Below, piece by piece: positions 1-8,471 of a stretch of 64,000 bases of DNA (the first letter of the stretch is position 1; each line of letters starts with the position of its first letter). This DNA is from Vicinamibacteria bacterium (GTDB lineage: Bacteria > Acidobacteriota > Vicinamibacteria > Marinacidobacterales > Marinacidobacteraceae): NCBI GenBank assembly GCA_965116805.1, contig OZ220713.1, forward strand, positions 2,041,853 through 2,105,852. Direction: 5' to 3'. A program made the translations under genes and the position numbers. The notes under the pieces are model-generated. The model saw only the letters and a program-made list of their open reading frames with translations. It searched no databases and was not told the origin of the DNA.

Positions 1-274
1 GAATGATTCCCTGCTCGCGGGCGAGCCGTTTCTTGACCAGCTTGAACATTTCCCGGTACTCGACGCCCCCCGTGCGGATCTCCTCGCCGTAACCGTCGAG
101 GAGCTTCCGGACCTCTTCGTTGAGGTCGTCTTCCTGGCGCAGATCCTCGGTGATGAGATCCACGATGGAATCCATCAGCGCGTTCGGGTCCTCCGGATCG
201 ATGTAGCCGGCAACCTGCAGGTCGTCGGTGATCCGGTACCCGAGGAACTGGATCTGGCTCTTGGTGAGGCGCAT
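1..274 (-). CDS. DUF507-family hypothetical protein (C-terminal part lies outside the window; start ATG at 272-274 on the complement)
   Basis: Reverse-strand translation reads MRLTKSQIQFLGYRITDDLQVAGYIDPEDPNALMDSIVDLITEDLRQEDDLNEEVRKLLDGYGEEIRTGGVEYREMFKLVKKRL... and stays open to the window edge. The pattern is DUF507-like. It is absent from the ORF track because it is truncated. Confidence 0.6.
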   Translation of the reverse strand, partial: MRLTKSQIQFLGYRITDDLQVAGYIDPEDPNALMDSIVDLITEDLRQEDDLNEEVRKLLDGYGEEIRTGGVEYREMFKLVKKRLAREQGII

Positions 275-409
275 GGCAGGCAACCGAAAAGGCTAACACA
301 GCGGGGGTATTCGCAGCCACCGCGAACCGGACCCGCCGGAATGCCGTGTCTTCGGTTCCTGTAATTCGGTGCGGCAAGACTGCTAGAATTCGCGGTCCTG
401 GCGAGAGAT

Positions 410-487
410 GGGGTCGTAGTTCAGTTGGTCCAGAACGCCGGCCTGTCACGCCGGAGGTCGCGGGTTCGAGTCCCGTCGGCCCCGCCA
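410..487 (+). tRNA. tRNA-Asp (anticodon GTC), CCA encoded
   Basis: Cloverleaf is readable. The 7-bp acceptor stem GGGGTCG pairs with CGGCCCC. D-arm is AGTTCAGTTGGTCCAGAAC. The anticodon stem CCGGC/GCCGG carries loop CUGUCAC with anticodon GUC. T-arm is GCGGGTTCGAGTCCCGT. Discriminator G, then CCA at 485-487. Confidence 0.9.
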
Positions 488-538
488 TCATCGCTTTTCC
501 CGCAGACGCGTTCCGGCGCCCCTTCCGTGAGGCATCTC

Positions 539-766
539 ATGAAGATCACGATTACCTACTGCGTCGTTTGAAACTACCTTCCGAACGCCTCCAGTCTGGC
601 GGCGGCAATCCGGGAGGCCCGGGGCATCGAACCCGAGCTCATCGAAGGCGGCAAGGGCATCTTCGACGTCGCGGTGGACAGCGAACTCGTCTACTCCAAG
701 TACGACACCGGCCGGTTCCCCGAGAACGACGAGATCCTCGACAAGATTCCCGTCCTCGCGAGCTGA
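539..766 (+). CDS. SelW/SelT/Rdx-family selenoprotein, 75 aa, with an in-frame TGA (569-571) read as selenocysteine in a C-x-x-U redox motif
   Basis: ATG at 539 gives MKITITYCVV-U(TGA)-NYLPNASSLAAAIREARGIEPELIEGGKGIFDVAVDSELVYSKYDTGRFPENDEILDKIPVLAS*. The N-terminal beta-strand plus CxxU, the GG motif and the 'FEV..DG.LV(Y/F)SK..TGRFP' core are the signature of Rdx/SelW proteins. The frame is continuous across the TGA to the TGA stop at 764-766. The ORF track misses it because of the internal TGA. Confidence 0.75.
586..624 (+). promoter_or_regulatory. Candidate bacterial SECIS-like stem-loop about 15 nt downstream of the Sec-UGA
   Basis: GCCTCC (587-592) can pair with GGAGGC (613-618), enclosing a roughly 20-nt GC-rich loop directly 3' of the in-frame TGA. 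Position is right for a bacterial SECIS. The structure was not computationally folded. Confidence 0.3.
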
Positions 767-808
767 GGTTAGTCCGGCCGAGAACGGCCGGTTTCGAGCG
801 CGCCTCGA

Positions 809-3118
809 CTAGAAGTCGAAGAGACGCGTGTACTTGATGATCAGCGACCGGCCCATCACGTTCGGCACCAGAAAGCCGGTCTCGTCGTCGAAGCGGTCGA
901 GGTTGGCCGTGTTCCGCAGGTCGTTGTAGACGAGGAAGAGACCGGTGCCGCTCCGGTCGAGCATCACCAGCCGGATGTTCGAGGAGACCGAGGCGGTCTG
1001 GCTGTTGTACTGGATCAGCGCTTCCAGCCGGCGAAGCGGGGTGAACGAGTAGTTCACCCGGATCGGGATCAGGTTGGTGGTGAACTTGCCCCCGGGAAGG
1101 TCCACCACGTCGCGGTTCCAGCCGACGCTGACCTGGAAGGCGGCTCCGATGCGCCCGTTCAGGCTGGAGGTGAAGGCCCGGTAGTCGCCGTCGTAGAAGC
1201 CGCCGTTCCGGAGGTAGAAGGTCGGATACAGGCGGGCGCTGGCGTTGCCGATGTAGTTGAAGTTCACCTGGGTCCAGTGGTAGAGCCCGGGCGGGATCAC
1301 CACCCGGTGGCCGTCCACCCCCGAGTAGACGACGAAGTCGTGGAGCGGCCGGTCCCGGAACCGGTCGATGAACATCCCGAAGCGGCCCCCGCCGTTCGGC
1401 TGGAACTCGATGGGGTGCCAGTGCCCGCGGCCGGACTGGACCTCGCCGTCGAAACCGTAGTAGGCGTTCCAGGTCACGTGGGGTGAAAAACGCCGCACCC
1501 AGGACATTCCCGGGATTTGGGTCGGCTGCCAGTCCAGGTAGTAGCGCCACTGGTACTTCCGGAATCCGCGCCGCGGAACGAATCCGACCTCGGGATTGAA
1601 GTCCTCGCCCACCTGGGTGAAGCCGGCGTGCCCCTGGTGGAGCTGGTCGGCGTAGTTCAGGAAGGCCCGGCCCGCGATGGTGTCCGAGGCGTTCGCCTCC
1701 GGATCCGCACCATCCGAGGCGGTCTTGGCCAGGAAGGTGAAGAAGCGGGCGTGTTCGCCGACCTGGATCGCCGCGTCGGCGCCGAACGCCCGGTTGTAGT
1801 CGCCCTCGCCGGCCCATTCGCCGGTCGCCTGCCGGTTCACCAGGATGCCGCCGAAGTTGGACCGCCCGACCTCCCGCTGGACCCGGGCGACCGTGTAGTT
1901 GTTGGCCGCGAGGGCCAGGGCGCCCGTCTCCGCGTCGAAGGCGTCGTCGGTCTGCATGTTCATGAGACCGACGTTCGTGGAGCCCACCTTCCCGGAGAGC
2001 CGGGCGCCGCCGACGATCCCCACCGGCTGGCCGCCGTAGAGCCCGATGCGGCGGCTGAAGAAGAGGTCCACCTCCTGCGGCGCCCCGAACTGGAAGGTGG
2101 AGGCGTTTTCCAGGAAGAAGGGACGCTTCTCGGGAAAGAACAGCGGAAAGCGCGTCAGGTTGATCTGCTGGTCGTCGGCCTCGACCTGAGCGAAATCGGT
2201 ATTGGCGGTGAGATCGACCGTGAGGTTCGGCGTGACTCCCCACTTCACGTCGAGCCCGATGTCGAGGCCTTCGGTCTCGCGGTTCTCGGCGCGGACCGCC
2301 AGCGGGTTCCGGTTGGCCTCGCCGAGGGCGAACGGGGTGACCTTGAGGTCGCGCCGGGAGGGGAGGTTCAGGCCGGTGATCTTCCGCGCCAGCGAGACCC
2401 GGTAGATGTTGTAGCCGCGCGGGATCGGCGCCAGGAACGACTGTTCGTTCTTGCGGCGGATGTTCCGCATGACGTTGATGCCCCAGGTCCGGTCCCCGCC
2501 GGCCTCGTAGCGCAGCGTCCGGAGGGGAATCGCGAACTCGGTCTCCCAGCCGCGGCCGGTCCGCTGCGAGCGCACCACCCAGTCGCCGTCCCAGTTGGCG
2601 TTGAAGCCGGCGATGCCGCCGCGCTGGGAGCCGCGCTGGCCGGGGCGGGGGTTGTAGCCGCCGGTCGCGCCCTCGCCGGCGATCTGGCCGTCGTACTCGA
2701 TGCCCTCCGGGTTGGTGCCGAAGAGGAAGGCGTTCTGGCTGTCGTTGAAGGTGTCGAGGATGATCTGGACCGAGTCCGACTCGTTCAGGTCGCCGTCCCG
2801 GCGGCTTTCCGACACGAGCACCTGCTCCGGCTCGCTGTCGAAGGCGATGACCCCGACGTAGAGGGTGGTCTCCGAGAGGAGGAGGCGCACTTCGGTCCGC
2901 TCGGAGGCCGGCGCGCCGTTGTTCGGCTCCTGCTGGATGAATCCGGTGAAGGGCTCGACGCCCGACCACTGCTCGTCGGTTACCAGCCCGTCCACGACCG
3001 GGCCTTCCGCGCCTTCGCCGAGCGCCTGCACCGCGCCGTCGTTCGGGGGCACGGGGGCGGCCCCGGCGAGCGGCGCGAGCAGCAGGAGAACCGGAAGCGT
3101 GCAGGGAAACCGTCGCAT
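809..3118 (-). CDS. Secreted DUF5916/CBM9-like domain protein (769 aa, N-terminal signal peptide)
   Basis: ORF-track protein trimmed to [22 protein letters not shown].... Start ATG complement at 3116-3118, stop at 809-811. Codon usage is protein-like throughout. Family assignment is from memory of the CBM9 + DUF5916 architecture. Confidence 0.85.
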   Translation of the reverse strand: MRRFPCTLPVLLLLAPLAGAAPVPPNDGAVQALGEGAEGPVVDGLVTDEQWSGVEPFTGFIQQEPNNGAPASERTEVRLLLSETTLYVGVIAFDSEPEQVLVSESRRDGDLNESDSVQIILDTFNDSQNAFLFGTNPEGIEYDGQIAGEGATGGYNPRPGQRGSQRGGIAGFNANWDGDWVVRSQRTGRGWETEFAIPLRTLRYEAGGDRTWGINVMRNIRRKNEQSFLAPIPRGYNIYRVSLARKITGLNLPSRRDLKVTPFALGEANRNPLAVRAENRETEGLDIGLDVKWGVTPNLTVDLTANTDFAQVEADDQQINLTRFPLFFPEKRPFFLENASTFQFGAPQEVDLFFSRRIGLYGGQPVGIVGGARLSGKVGSTNVGLMNMQTDDAFDAETGALALAANNYTVARVQREVGRSNFGGILVNRQATGEWAGEGDYNRAFGADAAIQVGEHARFFTFLAKTASDGADPEANASDTIAGRAFLNYADQLHQGHAGFTQVGEDFNPEVGFVPRRGFRKYQWRYYLDWQPTQIPGMSWVRRFSPHVTWNAYYGFDGEVQSGRGHWHPIEFQPNGGGRFGMFIDRFRDRPLHDFVVYSGVDGHRVVIPPGLYHWTQVNFNYIGNASARLYPTFYLRNGGFYDGDYRAFTSSLNGRIGAAFQVSVGWNRDVVDLPGGKFTTNLIPIRVNYSFTPLRRLEALIQYNSQTASVSSNIRLVMLDRSGTGLFLVYNDLRNTANLDRFDDETGFLVPNVMGRSLIIKYTRLFDF

Positions 3119-3148
3119 GGTGCGCGCGTATCCTACGCGCCCACGAGC

Positions 3149-4630
3149 ATGGCCGAAACCGCGATCCTTCCCAACTTCATCGGCGGGAGCTACCTGGCCC
3201 CGTCCGCCTCCGAAACCCTGCCGGTCTTCAACCCCGCGACGGGGGAGGTCCTGTCCCGGACTCCCCTCTCGGGCGCCGAGGATGTGGGCCGCGCGGTGGC
3301 CAGCGCGAAGGACGCGCTCCGCGACTGGCGGGAGACGCCGCCGACCGACCGGGTGCAGCCGCTCTTCCGGCTGAAGGCGCTCCTCGAGCGCGATTTCGAG
3401 GAACTCTCGCGGTGCGTGACCACCGAATGCGGGAAGACCCTCGCCGAGTCCCGCGGCGAGATGCGGCGGGCCGTCGAGAACGTGGAGGTCGCCTGCGGGA
3501 TCCCCTCCCTGATGCAGGGCCGGGTGCTCGAGGACATCGCGCGCGGGATCGACGAGCTCATGATCCGCCAGCCGGTCGGCGTGGTGGCGGTGATCGCGCC
3601 GTTCAACTTCCCGGCGATGATCCCGTTCTGGTTCCTGCCCTACGCGCTCGCCTGCGGCAACACCGTCGTCATGAAGCCGTCCGAGAAGACGCCGCTGACG
3701 ATGCAGCGGGTCGCGGCGCTGATCGACGAGGCGGGCTTCCCGCCGGGGGTGGTCCAGGTGACTCACGGCGGGCACGAGGCCGTGGAGGCGCTCCTCGACC
3801 ACCCGGACGTCGCCGCGGTCAGCTTCGTGGGTTCCTCCCCGGTGGCGCGCGTCGTCTACGCGCGGGCGGCGGGGAACGGGAAGCGGGTCCAGTGCCAGGG
3901 CGGGGCCAAGAACCCGGTGGTGGTGCTGGAGGACGCCGACGTCGAGGCCGCGGTGTCCACCGTGGCCGAGAGCGCCTTCGGGTGCGCGGGGCAGCGGTGC
4001 CTCGCGGCCTCGCTGGCGATCACCGTCGGCGATGCCCACGCGCCGTTCCGCGAGCGGGTCAGCGCGGTGGCCGCGAGCCGGGTGGTGGGTTCCGGGCTCG
4101 ACGAAGCGGTGCACATGGGCCCGGTGATCCGGGGCGAGAGCCGGGAGCGGATCGAGCGGCTGATCGGGGTGGCGGTGGAGGAGGAGAACGCCCGCGCGGT
4201 GGTGGACGGCCGCGGCGTCCGGGTCCCGGGGCACGAGGACGGGTTCTTCGTCCGCCCCACCGTGCTCGACGAGCTCCCCGCGGAGGGAGAGATCGCCCGC
4301 ACCGAGATCTTCGGGCCGGTGCTCGGCATCATCCGGGTGGACAGCGTGGAGGACGCGATCGCCTTCGTGAACAGCGGCGACTTCGGGAACATGGCCTGCG
4401 TCTTCACGAACGACGGCCGGGCCGCGCGCCGCTTCCGCCACGAGGTCCTCACCGGGAACGTGGGGATCAACGTCGGCGTGGCCGCTCCGATGGCGTTCTT
4501 CCCGTTCAGCGGCTGGCGGGGCAGCTTCTTCGGCGACCTGCACGCCCAGGGCGCCCACGCGATCGAGTTCTACACGCAGACCAAGGTCGTCGTGGAGCGC
4601 TGGCCCCGGGACGCCTCGAAGCGCTTTTGA
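3149..4630 (+). CDS. mmsA: CoA-acylating methylmalonate-semialdehyde dehydrogenase (aldehyde dehydrogenase superfamily)
   Basis: [18 protein letters not shown]...; catalytic Cys region ...[15 protein letters not shown]...; typical MmsA N-terminus. 493 aa. The long upstream extension in the track (1517..) is a GC-driven artefact. Confidence 0.9.
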   Translation: MAETAILPNFIGGSYLAPSASETLPVFNPATGEVLSRTPLSGAEDVGRAVASAKDALRDWRETPPTDRVQPLFRLKALLERDFEELSRCVTTECGKTLAESRGEMRRAVENVEVACGIPSLMQGRVLEDIARGIDELMIRQPVGVVAVIAPFNFPAMIPFWFLPYALACGNTVVMKPSEKTPLTMQRVAALIDEAGFPPGVVQVTHGGHEAVEALLDHPDVAAVSFVGSSPVARVVYARAAGNGKRVQCQGGAKNPVVVLEDADVEAAVSTVAESAFGCAGQRCLAASLAITVGDAHAPFRERVSAVAASRVVGSGLDEAVHMGPVIRGESRERIERLIGVAVEEENARAVVDGRGVRVPGHEDGFFVRPTVLDELPAEGEIARTEIFGPVLGIIRVDSVEDAIAFVNSGDFGNMACVFTNDGRAARRFRHEVLTGNVGINVGVAAPMAFFPFSGWRGSFFGDLHAQGAHAIEFYTQTKVVVERWPRDASKRF

Positions 4631-5343
4631 CGGCTGACCCCCCGCGCGGGAGGGGGATCCGCGGGCTGGTCCGCCGCTTCTGGCAGCCGGCGCTCTGGAC
4701 GCTGTTCGTTCTGAACGTCCTCCTCATGCCGCTGCTCTTCGGCGGGGCGGGGGACGAGCCGTTCGTACCGCCGGAGTGGATCCCGGCGAACCCGGCGGCG
4801 CTCGTTGCCGTGCACGCCCTCGCGGTGGCGGTGGCGGTGCCGAACACGATCTTCTGCCTCGCCGCCGGGTTCCTGTTCGGGCTGGGGCCGGGGATGTTCT
4901 ACGCCACTCTCGGCACCTTTCTCGGTTCGCTGGCGGCGTTCACGGTCGGCCGGCTGTTCCTCCGCCGCTGGCTCACCGGATGGCTCGGCCAGTTCCAATC
5001 GGCCACCCGGGTGCTCGCGGCGCTCGGTGATGCCGACGTGCGCACCGTCTGCCTGACCCGGCTCTCCCCCCTCTTCCCCTTCGCCTTCCAGAACTTCGGG
5101 TGGTCGGCGACTCCGGTTCGGTTCCGGAACTACGCGCTCGGCTCTCTACTGGCCGTCCCCGTGGGGGCCTCCTTCTTCGCCCACCTCGGGGCGGCAGGAA
5201 AGGCCGGCGCCACGCTCGCCACCGAGAGCTTCTCCTGGTCCGCCGCGCTCACCATCCTCGGCCTCCTCGCCACCTTCTACCTGATCCGCTGGATCTCCCG
5301 CGTCGCCAACGCCGCCCTCAAGGACGAACTCCCCACAGACTGA
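4627..5343 (+). CDS. TVP38/TMEM64 family (DedA-superfamily) membrane protein
   Basis: ...[47 protein letters not shown]... matches the TVP38/TMEM64 core. There is no ATG near the N-terminus. The proposed start is TTG at 4627 overlapping the mmsA stop, so the start is uncertain. Confidence 0.6.
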   Translation: MTADPPRGRGIRGLVRRFWQPALWTLFVLNVLLMPLLFGGAGDEPFVPPEWIPANPAALVAVHALAVAVAVPNTIFCLAAGFLFGLGPGMFYATLGTFLGSLAAFTVGRLFLRRWLTGWLGQFQSATRVLAALGDADVRTVCLTRLSPLFPFAFQNFGWSATPVRFRNYALGSLLAVPVGASFFAHLGAAGKAGATLATESFSWSAALTILGLLATFYLIRWISRVANAALKDELPTD

Positions 5344-5351
5344 AGGGGTAG

Positions 5352-6003
5352 GGAGCGCCGGCCGGTTCTCGCGGTAGCGGCCTTCAGACCGGCACCCGCG
5401 GCGCCCCCCCACCGGGAGAACTGGCGCGCCGCGGAAGGGCGCAACGCCAATCCTCCCGACGGCTGAGCCAACGCTACGATCCCCTTGAGCAGGCGCTGTT
5501 CACAGCCTGATTCCCAAGCCTTCGGGAACAACCATGATCACCAGATTCTCCGAGGATGTGATTCCCATGACCGATTTCAAGACCAGTGCCGAGGAACGGG
5601 AGTTCATGCGTGCGGTCATCGCCGGTCTCGCCGACTTGGACGCTGGCCGGGATCTGTCCCTGGCGGACGCGCTGGAACGACTCGGCATCGGCTGACTCCC
5701 TGCCGACGGAGTCCTCCTACCGCCCCGAGCGGGTGGTCCAAACGCCGCGATTGCGCCGCCGGCTTGGAACGCCGGCTTCAGCCGGCACAGCCCGCCGCAG
5801 GCGGGCGGCGGGACAGACCTCACGCGCCGGGATCGCCTCGGCCGCGTGCGCCAATGTTCGCGGGGTAGCGACGAACCGCCCGCGGCCCTGCGGGCCGCTG
5901 TGCCGGCTGAAGCCGGCGTTCCAAGCCGTACGCGTCACCTCCGAGGGGAGCGCCGTGCGTGCCGGTCTGAAGGCCGCTACCGCGAGAACCGGCCGGCGGT
6001 CCC
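5352..6003. mobile_element. MITE-like or REP-bounded element: about 650 bp bracketed by about 45-bp terminal inverted repeats, with a nested second inverted-repeat pair
   Basis: GGAGCGCCGGCCGGTTCTCGCGGTAGCGGCCTTCAGACCGGCAC at 5352-5396 is the reverse complement of 5956-6003. A nested pair GGCTTGGAACGCCGGCTTCAGCCGGCAC (5758-5790) and GTGCCGGCTGAAGCCGGCGTTCCAAGCCG (5905-5937) lies inside. The same motifs recur at five or more other loci. Confidence 0.45.
5534..5695 (+). CDS. Small hypothetical protein (53 aa) with an antitoxin-like C-terminal motif, carried inside the MITE-like element
   Basis: MITRFSEDVIPMTDFKTSAEEREFMRAVIAGLADLDAGRDLSLADALERLGIG*. Too short for the ORF track. The ...LDAGR.LSL.DAL.RLGI ending resembles RHH/ParD-RelB-type antitoxin tails. 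Weak RBS. Confidence 0.3.
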   Translation: MITRFSEDVIPMTDFKTSAEEREFMRAVIAGLADLDAGRDLSLADALERLGIG

Positions 6004-6050
6004 TTGCGCCGCGGTGCGGGTAGGCTCCCGCACCGTACGAGGAGGCCGTC

Positions 6051-7289
6051 ATGCGCAGCATCGCTCTCCTGGCCGTCTGGCTCCTGACCGTGGCTCCGGT
6101 CGCGGCCCAGGAGGGCCCGGCGCTGGAGCCCATCACGCTGGCCGAGGTGCTGGCGTCCGGCCGGGCCGGATCGCCGGCGATCGCGGCGGCGCGGTCCCGC
6201 GAGCGGGCGGCCGCCGCTGCCGCCGACAGGGCCGGACGCTGGACCAACCCCTCCCTCGAGTTCCAGAGCGAGAACTGGGGGGCGCCGTCACCGGGTCTCC
6301 TCCACGACACCTTCGTCACCGTCAGCCAGCGGCTCGAGCTCGGCGGCAAGCGGGGCGCGCGGCGGGGAGCGGCGTTCGCTGGCGCGGAGGCGGCCCGGGC
6401 CGATGCCTTCGCCGCGATGCGCGCGGCCGAAGGGGAACTGGCGGCCCGTTTCCTGGACGCGGTCCGGCTCCGTGATCGGGCGCGCATCCTCTCGGAACAG
6501 CGCGACGCGCTCGACGAGCTGGTCCGCGTCCTCGAACGCCGGGTGGCCGAGGGATTCGCGCCGGACGCCGATCGCGCCCGCCTCGCCGCCGAACGGGCCG
6601 GGGTCGCCATTGCGGTGACGCGGGCAGAAACCGCGGCCGCCCGGGCGTTCCTCGATCTGCAGGCGCTCGCCGCCCTGCCGGACGGGAGCACCGCGGCGGC
6701 GCTCGTCCGGCCCGGGCCCGTCCCGCTGCCGGCCGGTGACGCGAAGGCGCTCGCGGCCGGCGCCGCGTCCGCGCGGCCCGATGTCCGCTCCGCGGCCGCG
6801 CGGGTCGAGACCGCGGAACGCGCGCTCCGCCTGGAAAACTCCCTGCGGGTCCCCGACCTGACCGTGAGGACCGGCCTGAAACGTACGCTCGACACGAACA
6901 CGGGCGTGTTGGCGGTGGGGGTGGGGCTACCGGTCTTCGACCGCAATCAGGTCGCCGCGACGCTCGCCCGCGGCGAAGCCCGCGCCGCCGAGCTCGAACG
7001 GGACTTCGTGACCCGGCGCGCCGAGGCGGACGCCACCGCCGCGCTCCTGACCGCCCGGCGGCTGGCCGAGGCGGCGGCCGGAGCCGGTGACCAGCTCCTG
7101 GAGCCCGCTACCATCGGACGGACCGCCATGCGATCTGCCTTCGACCTCGGCGCGGCGGATCCCCTCCGCGTGGTGGACGCCGAGCGCGCCTTCGCCGACG
7201 CCCGCCTGCTCGAAAACGACATTCAGATCGAAGCGGTCGCCGCCGCCATCGCGGCCCGCCTGGCGCTCGGGGAGGCGCCCCTGCCGTGA
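6051..7289 (+). CDS. czcC: TolC-family outer-membrane efflux protein (CzcC-like OMF)
   Basis: Signal peptide MRSIALLAVWLLTVAPVAAQ. Long Ala/Arg/Glu-rich coiled-coil repeats typical of OMF proteins. GGAGG RBS upstream. First gene of an OMF-MFP-RND operon. Confidence 0.85.
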   Translation: MRSIALLAVWLLTVAPVAAQEGPALEPITLAEVLASGRAGSPAIAAARSRERAAAAAADRAGRWTNPSLEFQSENWGAPSPGLLHDTFVTVSQRLELGGKRGARRGAAFAGAEAARADAFAAMRAAEGELAARFLDAVRLRDRARILSEQRDALDELVRVLERRVAEGFAPDADRARLAAERAGVAIAVTRAETAAARAFLDLQALAALPDGSTAAALVRPGPVPLPAGDAKALAAGAASARPDVRSAAARVETAERALRLENSLRVPDLTVRTGLKRTLDTNTGVLAVGVGLPVFDRNQVAATLARGEARAAELERDFVTRRAEADATAALLTARRLAEAAAGAGDQLLEPATIGRTAMRSAFDLGAADPLRVVDAERAFADARLLENDIQIEAVAAAIAARLALGEAPLP

Positions 7290-8467
7290 CCCGGGTCACC
7301 CTGTTCCCGGTTCTCGTCTTCGGGCTCGCCTGCAGCGCTCCCCCCGAAGACGCCTCCGACACCGCCGCCACCGCGGATCCCGCAACCGGCATCGTCACGA
7401 TGACCGCAGCGGGACGCGAAGCCGCCGGCATCGCGACCGCTCCGGTGCGGGAGACCGTCCACACCGACGCGCTCGAAGCCCTCGGGGTGGTGAGCCTCGA
7501 CGAGCGGCGCACCGCCCGCCTGGGCGCCATCGTGGACGGCGTCGTCGCCGAGGTGCTGGTGCAGCCCGGCGACCGGGTGGAGGAAGGCGCCGTGCTGGGG
7601 CTCATCCTCAGCCACCAGATCCACGACGTCTGGGCCGAGTACTTCGCGGCGATCGCGCACCGGCAGGAGGCCGAGGCCGAGCTGGACTACGCGCGGACCG
7701 CGGAGTCCCGCGCCGAGCGGCTGTTGAACGACAAGGCGCTCGCGGAACAGGAGTTCCACCGGGTCCGCGCCGACCGGGTCGCCGCCGAGGAGGCGCTCGC
7801 GGCGGCCCGGGCGGAGGTCCGGCGGACCGAACAGGACCTCCAGCACTACGGCCTCACCCCCGGCCCGGACGCCGACCCGCGCGAGAACGAGCACGTGCCG
7901 GTCCGGGCGCCCTTCGCCGGCGCCGTCATCGAGCGGCTCGTCTCCCCCGGGGAAGCCGTCACCCTGGGCGCCCCGCTGCTGGTGGTCTCCGACCTGTCGG
8001 GCGTCTGGATCACCGCCGAGGTCCCGGAGGCCGACCTCCATCGCCTGTCGGCGCCCGAGTCCGTGGAGTTCCGGGTGACGGCCTGGCCGGACGAGGTCTT
8101 CCCCGCCACCCTCACCACCATCGGAGACGTGATCAACCCGGAGACCCGGCGGGTCACGGTCCGCGCGGAGGCGGACAACGCGGACGGGCGCCTCAAGCCC
8201 GAGATGTTCGCGACCCTCAGCGTCGCCTCCGGGGCTCCCCGCACCCTGCTGGTCGTGCCCGCGGAGGCGGTGCAGGAGCTCGCCGGCGAGCCGGTGGTCT
8301 TCGTCGAGGCCGGCCCCGGCGAGTTCCGGCGCCGCCGTGTGGTCACCGGCGCCGGCTTCGACGGCGACATCGAGATCCGCGAGGGCCTGACGGCCGGCGA
8401 ACGGGTCGCGACCGAGGGCGCCTTCCTGCTCAAGTCGGCCCTGATCGGCCTCCCCGAAGAGGAGTAA
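7286..8467 (+). CDS. czcB: Efflux RND periplasmic adaptor (membrane fusion protein, CzcB/CusB-like)
   Basis: GTG start overlaps the czcC stop (GTGA). Lipoyl/beta-barrel MFP motifs such as ...VRAPFAGAVIERLVSPGEAV... and ...PAEAVQELAGEPVVFV. Confidence 0.85.
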   Translation: MTRVTLFPVLVFGLACSAPPEDASDTAATADPATGIVTMTAAGREAAGIATAPVRETVHTDALEALGVVSLDERRTARLGAIVDGVVAEVLVQPGDRVEEGAVLGLILSHQIHDVWAEYFAAIAHRQEAEAELDYARTAESRAERLLNDKALAEQEFHRVRADRVAAEEALAAARAEVRRTEQDLQHYGLTPGPDADPRENEHVPVRAPFAGAVIERLVSPGEAVTLGAPLLVVSDLSGVWITAEVPEADLHRLSAPESVEFRVTAWPDEVFPATLTTIGDVINPETRRVTVRAEADNADGRLKPEMFATLSVASGAPRTLLVVPAEAVQELAGEPVVFVEAGPGEFRRRRVVTGAGFDGDIEIREGLTAGERVATEGAFLLKSALIGLPEEE

Positions 8468-8471
8468 CCCG

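Noticed and set aside
410-487. Possibility that the tRNA is tRNA-Sec, given the adjacent selenoprotein
   Set aside because: It has a standard 7/5-bp acceptor and T arms, a 78-nt length and a GUC anticodon. This is tRNA-Asp, not the long-variable-arm UCA tRNA-Sec.
346-837. 163-aa ORF on the plus strand
   Set aside because: It runs straight through the tRNA-Asp gene and the selenoprotein gene in a different frame and has an Arg/Gly/Pro-rich low-complexity composition.
639-2969. 776-aa minus-strand ORF (and 1517..4630 +, 3412..5343 +, 5717..6946 -, 7087..8604 +, 7223..8629 -, 8430..10880 -, 12899..14410 -, 19226..20371 +, 25865..27409 +, 28895..29845 +, 33475..34875 -, 34098..35888 +, 36327..37508 +, 38486..39418 -, 38635..39534 +, 41884..43131 +, 42614..44506 +, 42633..44060 -, 45948..47522 +, 47162..49276 +, 48726..50324 -, 50816..52906 +, 52011..53462 -, 53676..55457 +, 55949..56992 -, 59879..62560 +, 62098..63816 +)
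   Set aside because: These long stop-free frames are typical of 70% GC DNA. Their products are Arg/Gly/Pro/Ala-rich with no domain signatures. Each overlaps a gene on another frame or strand that has clear homology-type signatures.
5485-6023. ORFs 5485..5868 +, 5500..5823 -, 5586..6023 +, 14733..14960 -, 27783..28838 + sharing the peptide CRLKPAFQA
   Set aside because: The shared peptide is just the translation of the REP unit TGCCGGCTGAAGCCGGCGTTCCAAGC. These are repeat-derived pseudo-ORFs.
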